Shown here piece after piece: positions 39,434 through 49,516 of a DNA stretch of 64,000 nt. The notes below the pieces were generated by a model that ran no database searches, was not told the origin of the DNA, and worked only from the letters and a program-made list of their open reading frames with translations. Origin of the DNA: Candidatus Latescibacterota bacterium (lineage in GTDB: Bacteria; Latescibacterota; UBA2968). Every line of letters starts with the position of its first letter. Position 1 is the stretch's first letter. Location: NCBI GenBank assembly GCA_965204745.1, contig OZ242010.1, forward strand, positions 5,056,001-5,120,000, written 5' to 3'. The position numbers were made by a program, and so were the translations under genes.

Positions 39434-40648
39434 TTAAGCGCGAAACGGCACCAGCCATTCCTCTTCGATGCCCAAGTCAAAACCCGCGCCTGTCGGAGTA
39501 AAGTCCAAATAGCTGTTGCGCGGCAGTAGCGCGCCGGGTTGCGCCACTTCTTCGAGCGGGACGCCCGGATCAGAGCCGATATAATACTCGCACCACGAGA
39601 TATTCGGCATGGCCCAACTCAAGTGCTGACCGTACGCGTCTCGCCCGCCGCCGTGCAGGCAGACCTCCAAACCGGCCGTAGCGGCCATGTGGCAAATTTT
39701 GATGCACGCGGTCATGCCGCCCACCCACTGAATATCGGGTTGGAGAATGTCCAGACAGCGGTTTTCGATCATCAACTGATAGGGATAGGGCGTGTAAAAG
39801 TGCTCGCCGCTGGCCAAGGTCATCCACGGCAGGCGTTTTTTGAGTTCGATGTGCCCGCCGACATCTTCCGGGATCAGGCATTCCTCCATCCAGCGCAGAT
39901 CGTAGCAGCGCAGACGCTCTGCCAAGCGCGTCGCGTATTCGACATCAAACGCCATGTAACAATCGAGCATGAGATCGCACGCATCGCCTATCATCTCGCG
40001 CACCTCGGCGATGCGCCGCTCGTTTTCCCGCAACCCCCACAAGCCATCCACCGGGCCGTATTGACAGGGCAACTTAAATGCGCGAAATCCCAATTCCCTG
40101 TACCAATCGACATCGCCGCCCGTGGCATAGACAAACAACTGCTCGCACGTTGGGCCGCCCAAGAGTTCATAGACGGGCGCGTGCTGCAATTTACCAGCCA
40201 AATCCCACAACGCCAGATCGACCGCGCTCATGGCGACAGTTGCAATGCCAACAGTGCCAAAGGATTTGGACACGCGAAACATCATATCCCACAGCTTTTC
40301 TATCGCCAGACAATTTTCGCCTTCCAAGATGTGTGCAAACGCATCTTCTACGACTGCTACGGCGGGCCGTCCCGATGCCGTGCCCAGGCCCCAGGTGCCG
40401 TCTTCTGCGGTCACTTTGACGGCAAAGCCGGGCCAGGTTTTCGCGCTGTAAAGCTGGCGGCGTTTCTTAAAACGCGGGAATTTGGACATGGGGTTGGCGA
40501 CTTCCATCTGCGTGGGCCACGCCTTTCTGTACCCCTGTGTTTTTGCGCGCGCACCTGCCGACGCTGACAAGGTCATCCCCGAACCCGTTGCGGTCGGGTC
40601 GGCATCTGGCCGTTCAATGCGAACGACTTCCACGGATTTAATTTTCAT
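39434..40648 (-). CDS. Enolase-superfamily acid-sugar dehydratase (L-rhamnonate dehydratase-like)
   Basis: [45 protein letters not shown]. Confidence 0.85.
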   Translation of the reverse strand: MKIKSVEVVRIERPDADPTATGSGMTLSASAGARAKTQGYRKAWPTQMEVANPMSKFPRFKKRRQLYSAKTWPGFAVKVTAEDGTWGLGTASGRPAVAVVEDAFAHILEGENCLAIEKLWDMMFRVSKSFGTVGIATVAMSAVDLALWDLAGKLQHAPVYELLGGPTCEQLFVYATGGDVDWYRELGFRAFKLPCQYGPVDGLWGLRENERRIAEVREMIGDACDLMLDCYMAFDVEYATRLAERLRCYDLRWMEECLIPEDVGGHIELKKRLPWMTLASGEHFYTPYPYQLMIENRCLDILQPDIQWVGGMTACIKICHMAATAGLEVCLHGGGRDAYGQHLSWAMPNISWCEYYIGSDPGVPLEEVAQPGALLPRNSYLDFTPTGAGFDLGIEEEWLVPFRA

Positions 40649-40663
40649 GCGGTTTTCCTTTCT

Positions 40664-42004
40664 CTATTCCCATCGACCTGGCCCCACCTCTGCCGCGGTC
40701 AAGGGGCCGCCATCTTCCCGTTGCGCCGGGAATTCCACGCACCCCACGGTCTTGCGCTCGCCGCGCGAATGCCCCAAAATATCCGTCGCAATATTTGGAT
40801 AACGCCCCGTAGCAGCGCCGATGAGATCGCTCGATTCCGCGGGCGCGACAACGCCGTTGGGCAGATAACGCACGGCGACCATCCCGGCGCGGATCCCCTC
40901 GCGGGCGGGCATGCCCAACGCGCCATCGGTGACATTCCCCTCCCACAGCCAATCCACCGGTTCGTCGCCATTTACGAGTCGCACGGTCCGAAACTCCGCG
41001 GGTCGCGGGTCGGGCCAGGTAAAAACATTATTCGCTATCGCGCAATTTTTGGGCGGCGCACCATTGGGGTACGCGCTGTGGTTGAGGCCGACGACCAATG
41101 CCGGGCTACATCCCGCAAACGTGTTGAACGCTATGCGCGCGCGTTCTGTTCGCACGTAGAGATCGTCCTGCGCGCCATCCATCATCGCGACGCCAAACGC
41201 ATTGAGCGAGCGGAACAGATTGTTGACCACGACTTGATCCGCGCCTTGCAAGCGCACGCCCCCGGCGCGGGGTTCGCCATCGCCCAAAAAGAAATTTTCA
41301 GCGACCGCATTGCCATCGCCGTGCCGGAGCACCAAGGCCCCGCGGCAATCCCGAAATGTATTTCTGCGGAGGACATTGCCATTGGATTTCACAGAGATGA
41401 TTTCCGCCTCGCCATTGCAGCGTTCAAATAAATTGTATTCGATGAGGCTAGCACAATCGCCCGGCGCCGGGTCGTAGGGATTTCCCTCTGTGATGATCTG
41501 AAGCGTCTCGTACCCATTGCTCGACTTGCCATCTGGAATATCGACAAAGTGATTGTGGTGGATGTGGTGCTCCTCGCCGGTGTTTCGCACGACAATTTGC
41601 ATCAGTTGGCAGCCGCGCATCTCGACGCGGTTGTTGGTCTTGTTCTCGAACCGGCAGTGGTCGATTTCGATTTGCCGGCTCTCGGGCAACACGCGCACCC
41701 ATTTGCCGGCGCGCACATCTGCCATCGCGCACCCGCTGATGCGGCATCCCCTGCCCCGAACTTCTAGCCTGCCGTTTTCCTCAAAGCGCAGTCCCGCGAG
41801 GTGGATGTTATTTCCCTCGACGGATACGGGAGCGCGGATAATCGCTCGCCCCGTGTTTTCCGCCCGAATTGTAATCGGACGGGCCGCGCTTCCCTCTGCC
41901 GCGAGTTTGCACCGCTCCCCGCCGTACGCGCCATCTGCCAACGCAATCACATCCCCCGGCCGTGCGGTAGCCACCCGCTTTGCAAGTTCGGATAATGATC
42001 TCAC
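40664..42004 (-). CDS. Polysaccharide lyase family 6 / chondroitinase-B-like beta-helix protein
   Basis: A.PGD.I.LADG.Y, PITIRAE, IDHC.F..K, NG.ET, NLFE.CNGE.EIISVKS, LRHG; GTG 42004 overlaps the upstream stop, with AGGAGG RBS. Confidence 0.82.
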   Translation of the reverse strand: MRSLSELAKRVATARPGDVIALADGAYGGERCKLAAEGSAARPITIRAENTGRAIIRAPVSVEGNNIHLAGLRFEENGRLEVRGRGCRISGCAMADVRAGKWVRVLPESRQIEIDHCRFENKTNNRVEMRGCQLMQIVVRNTGEEHHIHHNHFVDIPDGKSSNGYETLQIITEGNPYDPAPGDCASLIEYNLFERCNGEAEIISVKSNGNVLRRNTFRDCRGALVLRHGDGNAVAENFFLGDGEPRAGGVRLQGADQVVVNNLFRSLNAFGVAMMDGAQDDLYVRTERARIAFNTFAGCSPALVVGLNHSAYPNGAPPKNCAIANNVFTWPDPRPAEFRTVRLVNGDEPVDWLWEGNVTDGALGMPAREGIRAGMVAVRYLPNGVVAPAESSDLIGAATGRYPNIATDILGHSRGERKTVGCVEFPAQREDGGPLTAAEVGPGRWE

Positions 42005-45000
42005 AGATCGCCTCCTGTCGTCGATTCGCTTTTCCTTCTCAACCCCTCGCGCACCTGCTCGAGCGTGCGTTGTGCCTTCCCGAAATTCGGACGCAGGGCG
42101 AGGGCTTTTTCCAAATGCGGAACGGCTTCTCGCAACCTGCCTGCCTGTGCGAGTGCCGCGCCGAGGTCCGCATGCGTATCCGGTCTGTCGGGATGCAGGC
42201 GGATGGTCGCTCCGTAGTGGTGGATGGCTTCGTCCAAGCGCCCGAGCCTGTGCAGGGCCATCGCAATGCCGTTTTGCGACAGGGCATCGTGCGGGTGCAG
42301 GCGAATCGCCGCTCGGTAGTGGTCGACCGCCTCGTTCAAGCGCCCCGCGCGGTGAACCGCAACAGCGCGCCCGGTCAATGCACGCGCATCTGTGGGGTCG
42401 AGGCGCGAAACTCGGGCATAGTGTTTTTCCGCGTCTGCGAGACGCCCGAGTTGCATCATCGCATCGGCAAACAAGCGGTGGGCATCCACGTACTCGGGAA
42501 GCAGGCGAATCGCCTCGGCGCACAGGGTTGCGATCTGCACATGGTCACGCGCCGGGATGCGTTCAGACGCTTGGCGCACAAAAACCCGCGCCGCGATTTC
42601 CCGCAGATTTTTCTTTTGAATCGCGTCGATACGCGCATCCGCCTTCCCCGGTATCAACGCGCTGATCGGCTCGAGGTGATCCGCGAGCAGCTCTGCAAAC
42701 GCGCGTTCGTAACTCCGCGCATTTTGGGCCGATGCGTAGTCCAAAATCGGGCGATCATCCGAGTACACATCGACCTCCCCCGCGATCTCAACGAGGCCGA
42801 CAGGCCCCATCAGAAACCCTCCAAAAAAGACATGCGCTCGGTTGAGATAATGTTCCTCGCCGCCCCACTGGCTGTATTGGAGATCGACGAAAATTTCTTC
42901 GTCTGCAACCACCGGCTCGCGCAACGCGATGTCAAACGATTTCCCGGGCGTGCCGATGAGCAAAAGTTCGGACGTGTTGTACCACAACGCGCTCTGCGGA
43001 AAAACCGTCAGAAAACTGCGGACGAGGCCGCGAAATTGCGCGGGCGTCAAAAAGCGCAGGGGGACGAACTGCACGAGATACCCGCCCGGAAGCAGGCGTT
43101 GCCGCGCGTGCCGATAAAAGTCGACCGTGTACAAAAAGGCCACGCCCGGGCGGGAGACTTCGCCGAGTTCGAGCGAGATGATGTCGTAAGTCTCCGCGGT
43201 GTGGCGCAAGTAATTGCGTCCGTCCTCGGCGATGATTTGCACGCGCGGGTCGCGCATCCAGCCCGTCTCAAAGTGCTGCTGGATAAATGGAAAAAGCGCG
43301 GGTTCGATATCCACGCAGGCGAGTCGGTCGACGGGATACATGAGAAACCGGCTGGCGGTTTGGCCCGTGCCAATGCCCACGACCACGACGCGCTTGGGGT
43401 CGGGATGCAAAAGCATCGGGACATGCGCGCCCATGATCTGATGGGTCTTTTTTTGCCCGCCCTGCCACCAGCGGTCGATTTCGAGTTCGAGGTCCTCGCC
43501 GCGTTTCACAACCGCCATGTTCGCGCCATACCCCTCGCGGTACGCGATGAGATCGCGCCCTTCGCCGATGAAATCAGCGGGCAGTTGCGTTTGGGCAACC
43601 TGCGGAATGCCCAAGTAGATCGCAACGGCGACACCCGCGGCAAGGGTCTTGACCGCGCGGTATTTTCGATCGTACGCAAACCAAGCGGTGATGCCGATAA
43701 CGAGATTCGCGCCGGTGATGAACAGCAGGCTTTTTTCCAAGCCAAAAAAGGGGAGACCGATAAACCCGATCAACAGCGAACCCAAAATGCCGCCGAGGGT
43801 GTTGACGGCGATCAAGTTGCCGGCCACTCGCGCCGCGCGTTCCGCATGTCGGGTGGATAAGCGCATCGCAAGGGGAAACGCCGCGCCACTCAACGCAGCC
43901 GGCGGCAGCAAGACGGCAACGTAGATGTACAACTCGTCGCCCAAGCCGCGCCACGCTTCGGGCGAAAGCATCAGCAACCCGAGCGCGAGGAGCCCCGTCG
44001 CCACCTGAAACGCGCCAAAATAACGCGCCCGCGATTGTGTTTTGTCCGAGAACCGAGCCGCGAGCACACTGCCGAGCACCAAGCCGAGCAACGCGATGCC
44101 GAGCGCGAGCGTATAGGTATAGACCGTATTGCTGATGAGCAGGCCGAGATAGCGCGCCCACAGCACTTCTGCGCCGAGCGCGACAAACCCCACGCCAAAA
44201 AAGAGCGCGCCAGTCATTCTGCTGCCCCGTTCCACCCCGACCTGTTGCGAGGCGTGCGGGAGCGGTGCATCTCGTTGGGCAATCGCCCGCACGACCAGGC
44301 CGCTCAGGATATTGCACGCAACGCCGATATAAACCGTGCCGCGGAGGCCCAGGTCCGGAAGCAAAACGAATCCCGCGACCACACAACCCAATGCCGCGCC
44401 CAGCGTATTGACGCCGTAGAGCAGGCCCACAGCACGCGCTAATTTGTCCTTGTTGCGCGCGTACTGCCGGCAATAAAGCGGTAAGGTCCCGCCCATGAGA
44501 ACCGTAGGCGGCAAGATGACGCAGGCGACGAGCAACAAGCGCACGGCAAAGCGGAGCGCGGGGGCATCGGTCAATATCCGATACGCGCCGCCGTAGAGCG
44601 CGTCCGCGAGGTCAAAGGCATAAGGGCTTAGTAGCGCGAGGAGGCCGAGGCCGATCTCCACATGTGCAAAGAGGACGAGCGGGCGGTCGGTGCGTTGCCC
44701 AATGCGTCCAAACAGGTACGCGCCCAGGGCGAGGCCCAAAAAGAAGACCGCCAAAACCGCGCTGACCCCAAATGTGGTCGAGCCAAACAAGAGCGCGGCC
44801 TGCCGGATCCACGCGACTTCGTATACCAACCCGGCAAATCCCGACAAAAAAAAACAGACCAGCGCGATCAAACGCTGCGCGGTTGGCGTCAATTTTCCGG
44901 TGCGTTGGCTCATATTGTCGGCGTCGGGGTGATGCGCGGGCGTTTGCCCGGTTGCATGCAGTTGGGATGGCCCAATGTGGTGTTGAGGACCCGCAGGCGA

Positions 45001-45021
45001 TTTTTTTTTGTTTTTTGACAA
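42001..45021 (-). CDS. Fused MFS-like membrane / spermidine-synthase-like / TPR protein
   Basis: SGFAGLVYEVAW.R, LYGVNTLGA, VVGIGTG.T (SAM-binding), EDGRNYL, SDDRP.LDY, C-terminal TPRs; start uncertain (45021 or 44913). Confidence 0.85.
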   Translation of the reverse strand: MSKNKKKSPAGPQHHIGPSQLHATGQTPAHHPDADNMSQRTGKLTPTAQRLIALVCFFLSGFAGLVYEVAWIRQAALLFGSTTFGVSAVLAVFFLGLALGAYLFGRIGQRTDRPLVLFAHVEIGLGLLALLSPYAFDLADALYGGAYRILTDAPALRFAVRLLLVACVILPPTVLMGGTLPLYCRQYARNKDKLARAVGLLYGVNTLGAALGCVVAGFVLLPDLGLRGTVYIGVACNILSGLVVRAIAQRDAPLPHASQQVGVERGSRMTGALFFGVGFVALGAEVLWARYLGLLISNTVYTYTLALGIALLGLVLGSVLAARFSDKTQSRARYFGAFQVATGLLALGLLMLSPEAWRGLGDELYIYVAVLLPPAALSGAAFPLAMRLSTRHAERAARVAGNLIAVNTLGGILGSLLIGFIGLPFFGLEKSLLFITGANLVIGITAWFAYDRKYRAVKTLAAGVAVAIYLGIPQVAQTQLPADFIGEGRDLIAYREGYGANMAVVKRGEDLELEIDRWWQGGQKKTHQIMGAHVPMLLHPDPKRVVVVGIGTGQTASRFLMYPVDRLACVDIEPALFPFIQQHFETGWMRDPRVQIIAEDGRNYLRHTAETYDIISLELGEVSRPGVAFLYTVDFYRHARQRLLPGGYLVQFVPLRFLTPAQFRGLVRSFLTVFPQSALWYNTSELLLIGTPGKSFDIALREPVVADEEIFVDLQYSQWGGEEHYLNRAHVFFGGFLMGPVGLVEIAGEVDVYSDDRPILDYASAQNARSYERAFAELLADHLEPISALIPGKADARIDAIQKKNLREIAARVFVRQASERIPARDHVQIATLCAEAIRLLPEYVDAHRLFADAMMQLGRLADAEKHYARVSRLDPTDARALTGRAVAVHRAGRLNEAVDHYRAAIRLHPHDALSQNGIAMALHRLGRLDEAIHHYGATIRLHPDRPDTHADLGAALAQAGRLREAVPHLEKALALRPNFGKAQRTLEQVREGLRRKSESTTGGDL

Positions 45022-45184
45022 ATTGCGGTGCTATGCGGTTGCCGTCAAACTCTTTTTCTTTTTTTCAGCCGCACGCGACGAGGGGTATTGTGGCGCGAGT
45101 TTGGGAATCCGCATTTGATTTTGCCCTGAACGAGCGGTATATTGAGCGGCGACACGACGACAATCACGCGGCAAGGAGCAAAAC

Positions 45185-46276
45185 ATGTTCAAAATGCACG
45201 AGATTGACAACGACATTCGCAGCGCGTATGGCATGGCGGTTGCCGATGTGACCGGGAATGGGATGATGGATATTGTGGTGGGATCCACCGGGATTTCGAT
45301 GATCGCCTTGTACGAAGGCCCGGGGTTTGAGAAGCGGGTAATTTCAGAAGCGCATCCCGGCACCATCGCCCTGGCCGTGTGCGACGTAACCGGCAATGGT
45401 CAAAACGACGTGATTGCAGGGAGCGGCTTTGGGCGCAGGCAACGCATGCCATCCGAGTATTTGCACTGGTTTCAAGCCCCTGAACGCGGGGGTGTTTGGA
45501 CGCAGCATTTCATCGACTGGGTGCCCTATTTGCACCGCATTGCGATAGTGAATATCAACGGGCAACCCCTGCTGTTCGTCGCCACCTTGCAAGGGCAAGG
45601 GCGCCATCTCGACGATTTTGACGCGCCCGGCGCCTTGTGGTGCTACCGCGTGCCGCAAGACCCCATGCACGAGACATGGGAAAAGCGGTTGATCGACGGG
45701 CATATCAAACTCAACCACGGCTTGAGCGTGTGCGATGTGGATGGCGACGGGCGTCCGGATTTGTTGCTCGGTGCGCGCAGTGGCCTGCTCTGGTTCGAGC
45801 CACCCCACGGGGATGGATTCGCGGGCCATTGGCAACGGTGGACTATCAGCCCTCGGGAAAGCAGCGAGACATTTGCCGCAGATATAGATGGGGATGGCGT
45901 CAACGAGGTGTTGTCGATAGAGCCGTGGCACGGCCATGAACTCGTGTGGTACAAAGCCGCGGGCGACATTCGCACAGGCGCGTGGGAACGGCGGGTAATC
46001 AGCGACAAACTCAACCGCGGGCATTCCCTGTGGTGCGGCGACATAGACGGCGACAATGCACGGGAAGTCCTCGCGGGCTACAATGGCCCGGGCACGGCCC
46101 TCAACATCTATCGCCCAGAGAACTTAGACGCGAACACCTGGCACATCTCGCAAATCGACGACCACATTGGCATGGGACAAATGGCCGTCGTCGATCTCAA
46201 CGCCGACGGCAAACTGGACATCGCAGCAAGCGGTATGTCAACAGGCAATGTGCGGTGGTACGAACAAAGGAGGTGA
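45185..46276 (+). CDS. FG-GAP/VCBS-repeat beta-propeller protein
   Basis: Multiple D.(D/N)GDG..D motifs, EPWHG, RGH.L..GDIDGD; AAGGAG RBS. Confidence 0.85.
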   Translation: MFKMHEIDNDIRSAYGMAVADVTGNGMMDIVVGSTGISMIALYEGPGFEKRVISEAHPGTIALAVCDVTGNGQNDVIAGSGFGRRQRMPSEYLHWFQAPERGGVWTQHFIDWVPYLHRIAIVNINGQPLLFVATLQGQGRHLDDFDAPGALWCYRVPQDPMHETWEKRLIDGHIKLNHGLSVCDVDGDGRPDLLLGARSGLLWFEPPHGDGFAGHWQRWTISPRESSETFAADIDGDGVNEVLSIEPWHGHELVWYKAAGDIRTGAWERRVISDKLNRGHSLWCGDIDGDNAREVLAGYNGPGTALNIYRPENLDANTWHISQIDDHIGMGQMAVVDLNADGKLDIAASGMSTGNVRWYEQRR

Positions 46277-46718
46277 CTGTGGCTGAGCGGATTGATTTCC
46301 GAGGTTATACCAAATTGATCTTCTGTTGACCTAATGTGATTCGATCTGCTACCAGCGATTGATCCCTTGAGGTTACACATTCATTCAAAAAAGCCATCGC
46401 ACCCCTGCCATCGCAAAAGCCCATCAGCTAAAGCCATCACGCACAGCGCGCAAGTCCGTCTCGCAACCCACATCCATTATGCAACTCACTTTGCAGGCTG
46501 ACTCATGTCGTGCGATTACAAAAGCGCTTTGCGCTGTGCTAGCCCCTCGGCGTTTGAGAGCGGCATTTTTTGCTTACTTTTTTTTGCTGTTGAAAAAAAG
46601 TAGGTCGCCGAAGGCATCGGAGGCAACCAACAATGCTTTAGGGCCAAACGCTCAAGCACCGCATGAGTCTGTTCCTCATTCCTTGATGTGCGGTGGTACG
46701 AACAAAGGAGGTGACTGT
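46248..46718 (+). repeat. Family B repeat (46405-46655) enclosed by a perfect 33-bp direct repeat (46248-46280 and 46686-46718)
   Basis: ATGTGCGGTGGTACGAACAAAGGAGGTGACTGT occurs twice. Confidence 0.85.
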
Positions 46719-46776
46719 TGAGATTGCGAGAGGCAATATTGAAAGGCTTTATGGCTGATTCCATAAAGCCTTTTTT

Positions 46777-48555
46777 TTACCAAAAACTGGCAAATCCCGT
46801 TTGGTCGAGGCGGCGTTTCACGCGCTGGAGTTTTCGCGTTGTGCGGGGATAGGTGGGATCGCAAAATGCGATGAGGCGGTCGAGCAACTCGGCGAGTTCA
46901 TCGCCCGCGCCAGACAGACGCGGCAGAATTTTTTGCAGAATTTGATAGTCGAAAGCGTCGTTGGGCGCGAACCCGGGCGCGGACGAGGGCAACCCGTCGA
47001 TGAGATCGAGGGCATACGCCATGTAGATGAGAATTTCGTCGCGAATGCGATACCCAAAATGCAGGTCTTCTTCGACGAGGATCGCGTTGAGTTCTCGCAA
47101 GGGTTTGTTCCAAGCCGTGACCTCACTGCGCTGGCGAATGTCTTCCAACTGGCGATAGGGCCGGTCGATCAGGGCCGAGCCGAGATCGCGCAGGGCGGCC
47201 GAATCGATTTGCGCGTCCGGATCAGCGTCCGACAACGCGAGGTCAACCCGGTCAAATGCCACGGTATTTGCGCGGTCGAGCACTTTGGGGCTAAACGCAT
47301 ACGTGGTCTCGTCCATGTTGACCGTGCCCGCAACAAAAAAATTGGGCGGAATCGGCACCTGCGCGGGCAGGTCGCCCAAGTCGTCTGACAATACGCTATC
47401 GCGCCCGGGCGCGAGGTCAATCGGATCCGTCGTCCACGCGCCGTCCGGCGTGCGTCTGGCCGTTTCCATGATGCTCAAAAAATCGGCAAAATAATGCTCC
47501 ACGCGGGCGAGATTCATTTCGTCCAAACACACGAAATAGGGACGCCCCGGATCGGCCTGAGCTTCGCGCAGTGCCCGAAGCAAGGCGCCGGGGCGGAACG
47601 TGCCCGCGAGCAAATTTTCAAACCCGAGCAAATCGCGCACATCATTCCAATCCGGGCGCACGGGAATGAGGCGATACCCCTTGGCGCGCCCATTGTCGAG
47701 GCCATTGAGCGCCTCGGCGATGAGGCGAATCACCGTGCTTTTCCCGGTTCCGGAGATGCCCGCGAGAATGAGAAAGGGTTTGGTTTTCAAACAGAGGTAG
47801 AGGTTGAACAACATCCCGGGTTCAATGTGAAAATTTTTCAGCGCGATAAACCGGTGCAAGTCGCACAAAAGTTCGGCCTCGGCAGGCGCGAGCGCGTCTT
47901 TGACCACGCCTTCTTCTGCCGGATCGGGCACGTATTCCAAGCGGTGTTCCGCAGCATGAGCGCGGGCTTCTGTAAATACGGCGTAGAGCGCGTAGAGGTC
48001 CGCGAACACCGTTTGAACATCGTCCATGAGGCTTGGACGTGCGGCCTCTTCAACCGTGAGAATGCGACCGACAAACAGGGACCGGTCAACGCCCTCGAGT
48101 TTGGACGGCGACCACAACACAGACTGACCGGGGGATTCCGCGATGATGTCCCCGGCAAAACAGCGATAACCCTTGCGCGGCACCAACCCGCGAAACCTCT
48201 TGCGGTCCGCTATCGCAACGCGCATGGCCTCGGCCGTCCACCACCCCGAATAAAAACCGATGGCGAGCGAACCGCGATGCAAATAGACGCCCAACTGCGG
48301 CAACCGGGGAAACGGACTCTTTTTGAGCGCGCGATCCACAAAATAGAGACACGCGTGATCCCGCGGGCGATTGGGATTGGGGCGAAACCCAACCGTCGCG
48401 TAGATGGGCGAGACAATAGCGGTGAGGTCCGGATGCTGTTCGATCAGCCCAGGTTCTATCAACTCGCGCAGATCTTGCATGCGACCATGCAAATGCTCGG
48501 CCCCAATGCGCGTGCCATTGCAGGCGAGAAAATCGTTGGGAGAGAAAGAGAACAT
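46777..48555 (-). CDS. mcrB: McrB-family AAA+ GTPase with a distinct N-terminal domain
   Basis: KPFLILAGISGTGKS (Walker A), VRPDW, LDEMNLARVEHYF (Walker B), GTVNMDETT, KVLDRA, QKILPR. Confidence 0.85.
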   Translation of the reverse strand: MFSFSPNDFLACNGTRIGAEHLHGRMQDLRELIEPGLIEQHPDLTAIVSPIYATVGFRPNPNRPRDHACLYFVDRALKKSPFPRLPQLGVYLHRGSLAIGFYSGWWTAEAMRVAIADRKRFRGLVPRKGYRCFAGDIIAESPGQSVLWSPSKLEGVDRSLFVGRILTVEEAARPSLMDDVQTVFADLYALYAVFTEARAHAAEHRLEYVPDPAEEGVVKDALAPAEAELLCDLHRFIALKNFHIEPGMLFNLYLCLKTKPFLILAGISGTGKSTVIRLIAEALNGLDNGRAKGYRLIPVRPDWNDVRDLLGFENLLAGTFRPGALLRALREAQADPGRPYFVCLDEMNLARVEHYFADFLSIMETARRTPDGAWTTDPIDLAPGRDSVLSDDLGDLPAQVPIPPNFFVAGTVNMDETTYAFSPKVLDRANTVAFDRVDLALSDADPDAQIDSAALRDLGSALIDRPYRQLEDIRQRSEVTAWNKPLRELNAILVEEDLHFGYRIRDEILIYMAYALDLIDGLPSSAPGFAPNDAFDYQILQKILPRLSGAGDELAELLDRLIAFCDPTYPRTTRKLQRVKRRLDQTGFASFW

Positions 48556-48907
48556 GAGAGGTGAGATGGAAGTTTAGCCACGAGCGGGGTACAACTGGCG
48601 ATAGCTAGTTCAAAGGCGAGCGATATATGTAGGGACAGGCCCCAAACCCATTTTATCCGCGTCTGGCATCAACCCCATTTTCAACTACGCGAACAGTAGG
48701 GACGGGTTGAAGTGTTCCAGTATATAGGCCAACCAAAAATCAATTTGGCATGGAGTGAGAAGGCCGCGCACCCCGCTCCGTTGCTCCATGTACCCAATGG
48801 GATAGCGGGGAACGGGAACACCTTTGGACAAATGATACGCGAAAAAAAACCATTGGCAAGAAATAGTTGGTATAAGGGTGAGATAGCAGACGCAAGATGG
48901 GAGTTTA

Positions 48908-49432
48908 GGTTGTGTTGACATTTCATTTTTTGACGTTATGCACAGAGTAGCAAATGTGTTGCTTGCTCATTTAAGGCGTTTGGTCCTTTGATGGCTTATA
49001 TCTCTGATTGCTCTGATGGCGTTGCGCGAGGGGACCTATCCCCCGGCCCCTTTCCTACGAGGAAAGGGGAGTAAAGCTCCTTTGATGGCTTCCAGCTCTG
49101 GTTGCTCTGATGGCATTGACCGAGGGCATAAAGCGATTAAAAATCCCTCTCACCATCCCCTCGTAAAACCTATCCGCGTTCCCCCCTTCTTCGCAGGAAG
49201 GGGGGTTAGGGGGGTAGGTCCCCCTCGCAAAACCGCTCACAGTTCCCCCTTCCTCACAGGCACAGGCGTAGCCTACAACGAAGCGCAGCGAGTAACGGGG
49301 GTTAGGGGGTTAGGTCCCGATAAGGAGCGACTATTCTAGGTTCTCAAACCGAGAGCATATTCTGCGATAGGGCTTGATTTTTTCGATAAGCCGCCCCATT
49401 CAGTTGCATGGCTCGCAAATGTCAACACAACC
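48908..49432 (+). mobile_element. MITE family A, complete copy (525 bp)
   Basis: Perfect 16-bp TIR GGTTGTGTTGACATTT / AAATGTCAACACAACC with TA on both flanks. Confidence 0.85.
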
Positions 49433-49460
49433 TAGCGGTCATGTCCAAGTGTTCAACAAC

Positions 49461-49498
49461 AAAAAAAACGGCCTCTCTCTTGAGAAGCCGTTTTTTTT
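49461..49498. terminator. Bidirectional Rho-independent terminator
   Basis: AAAAAAAACGGC..GCCGTTTTTTTT. Confidence 0.75.
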
Positions 49499-49516
49499 AT
49501 GCGTGGAATACGTGGT

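Noticed and set aside
40664-42523. 619-aa version of the PL6 protein
   Set aside because: The first ~173 aa overlap the TPR tail of the upstream gene; RBS and GTG at 42004 mark the start.
41980-43860. Long antisense ORFs (also 9368-10780, 12807-13880, 18058-19320, 53974-55128) and same-strand alternative frame 57559-58986
   Set aside because: Shadow frames of well-supported genes in GC-rich DNA, with no motifs.
48660-48900. Short ORFs in a lower-GC patch upstream of mcrB as an mcrC remnant
   Set aside because: No recognisable PD-(D/E)XK or McrC motif in the listed frames; left unassigned.
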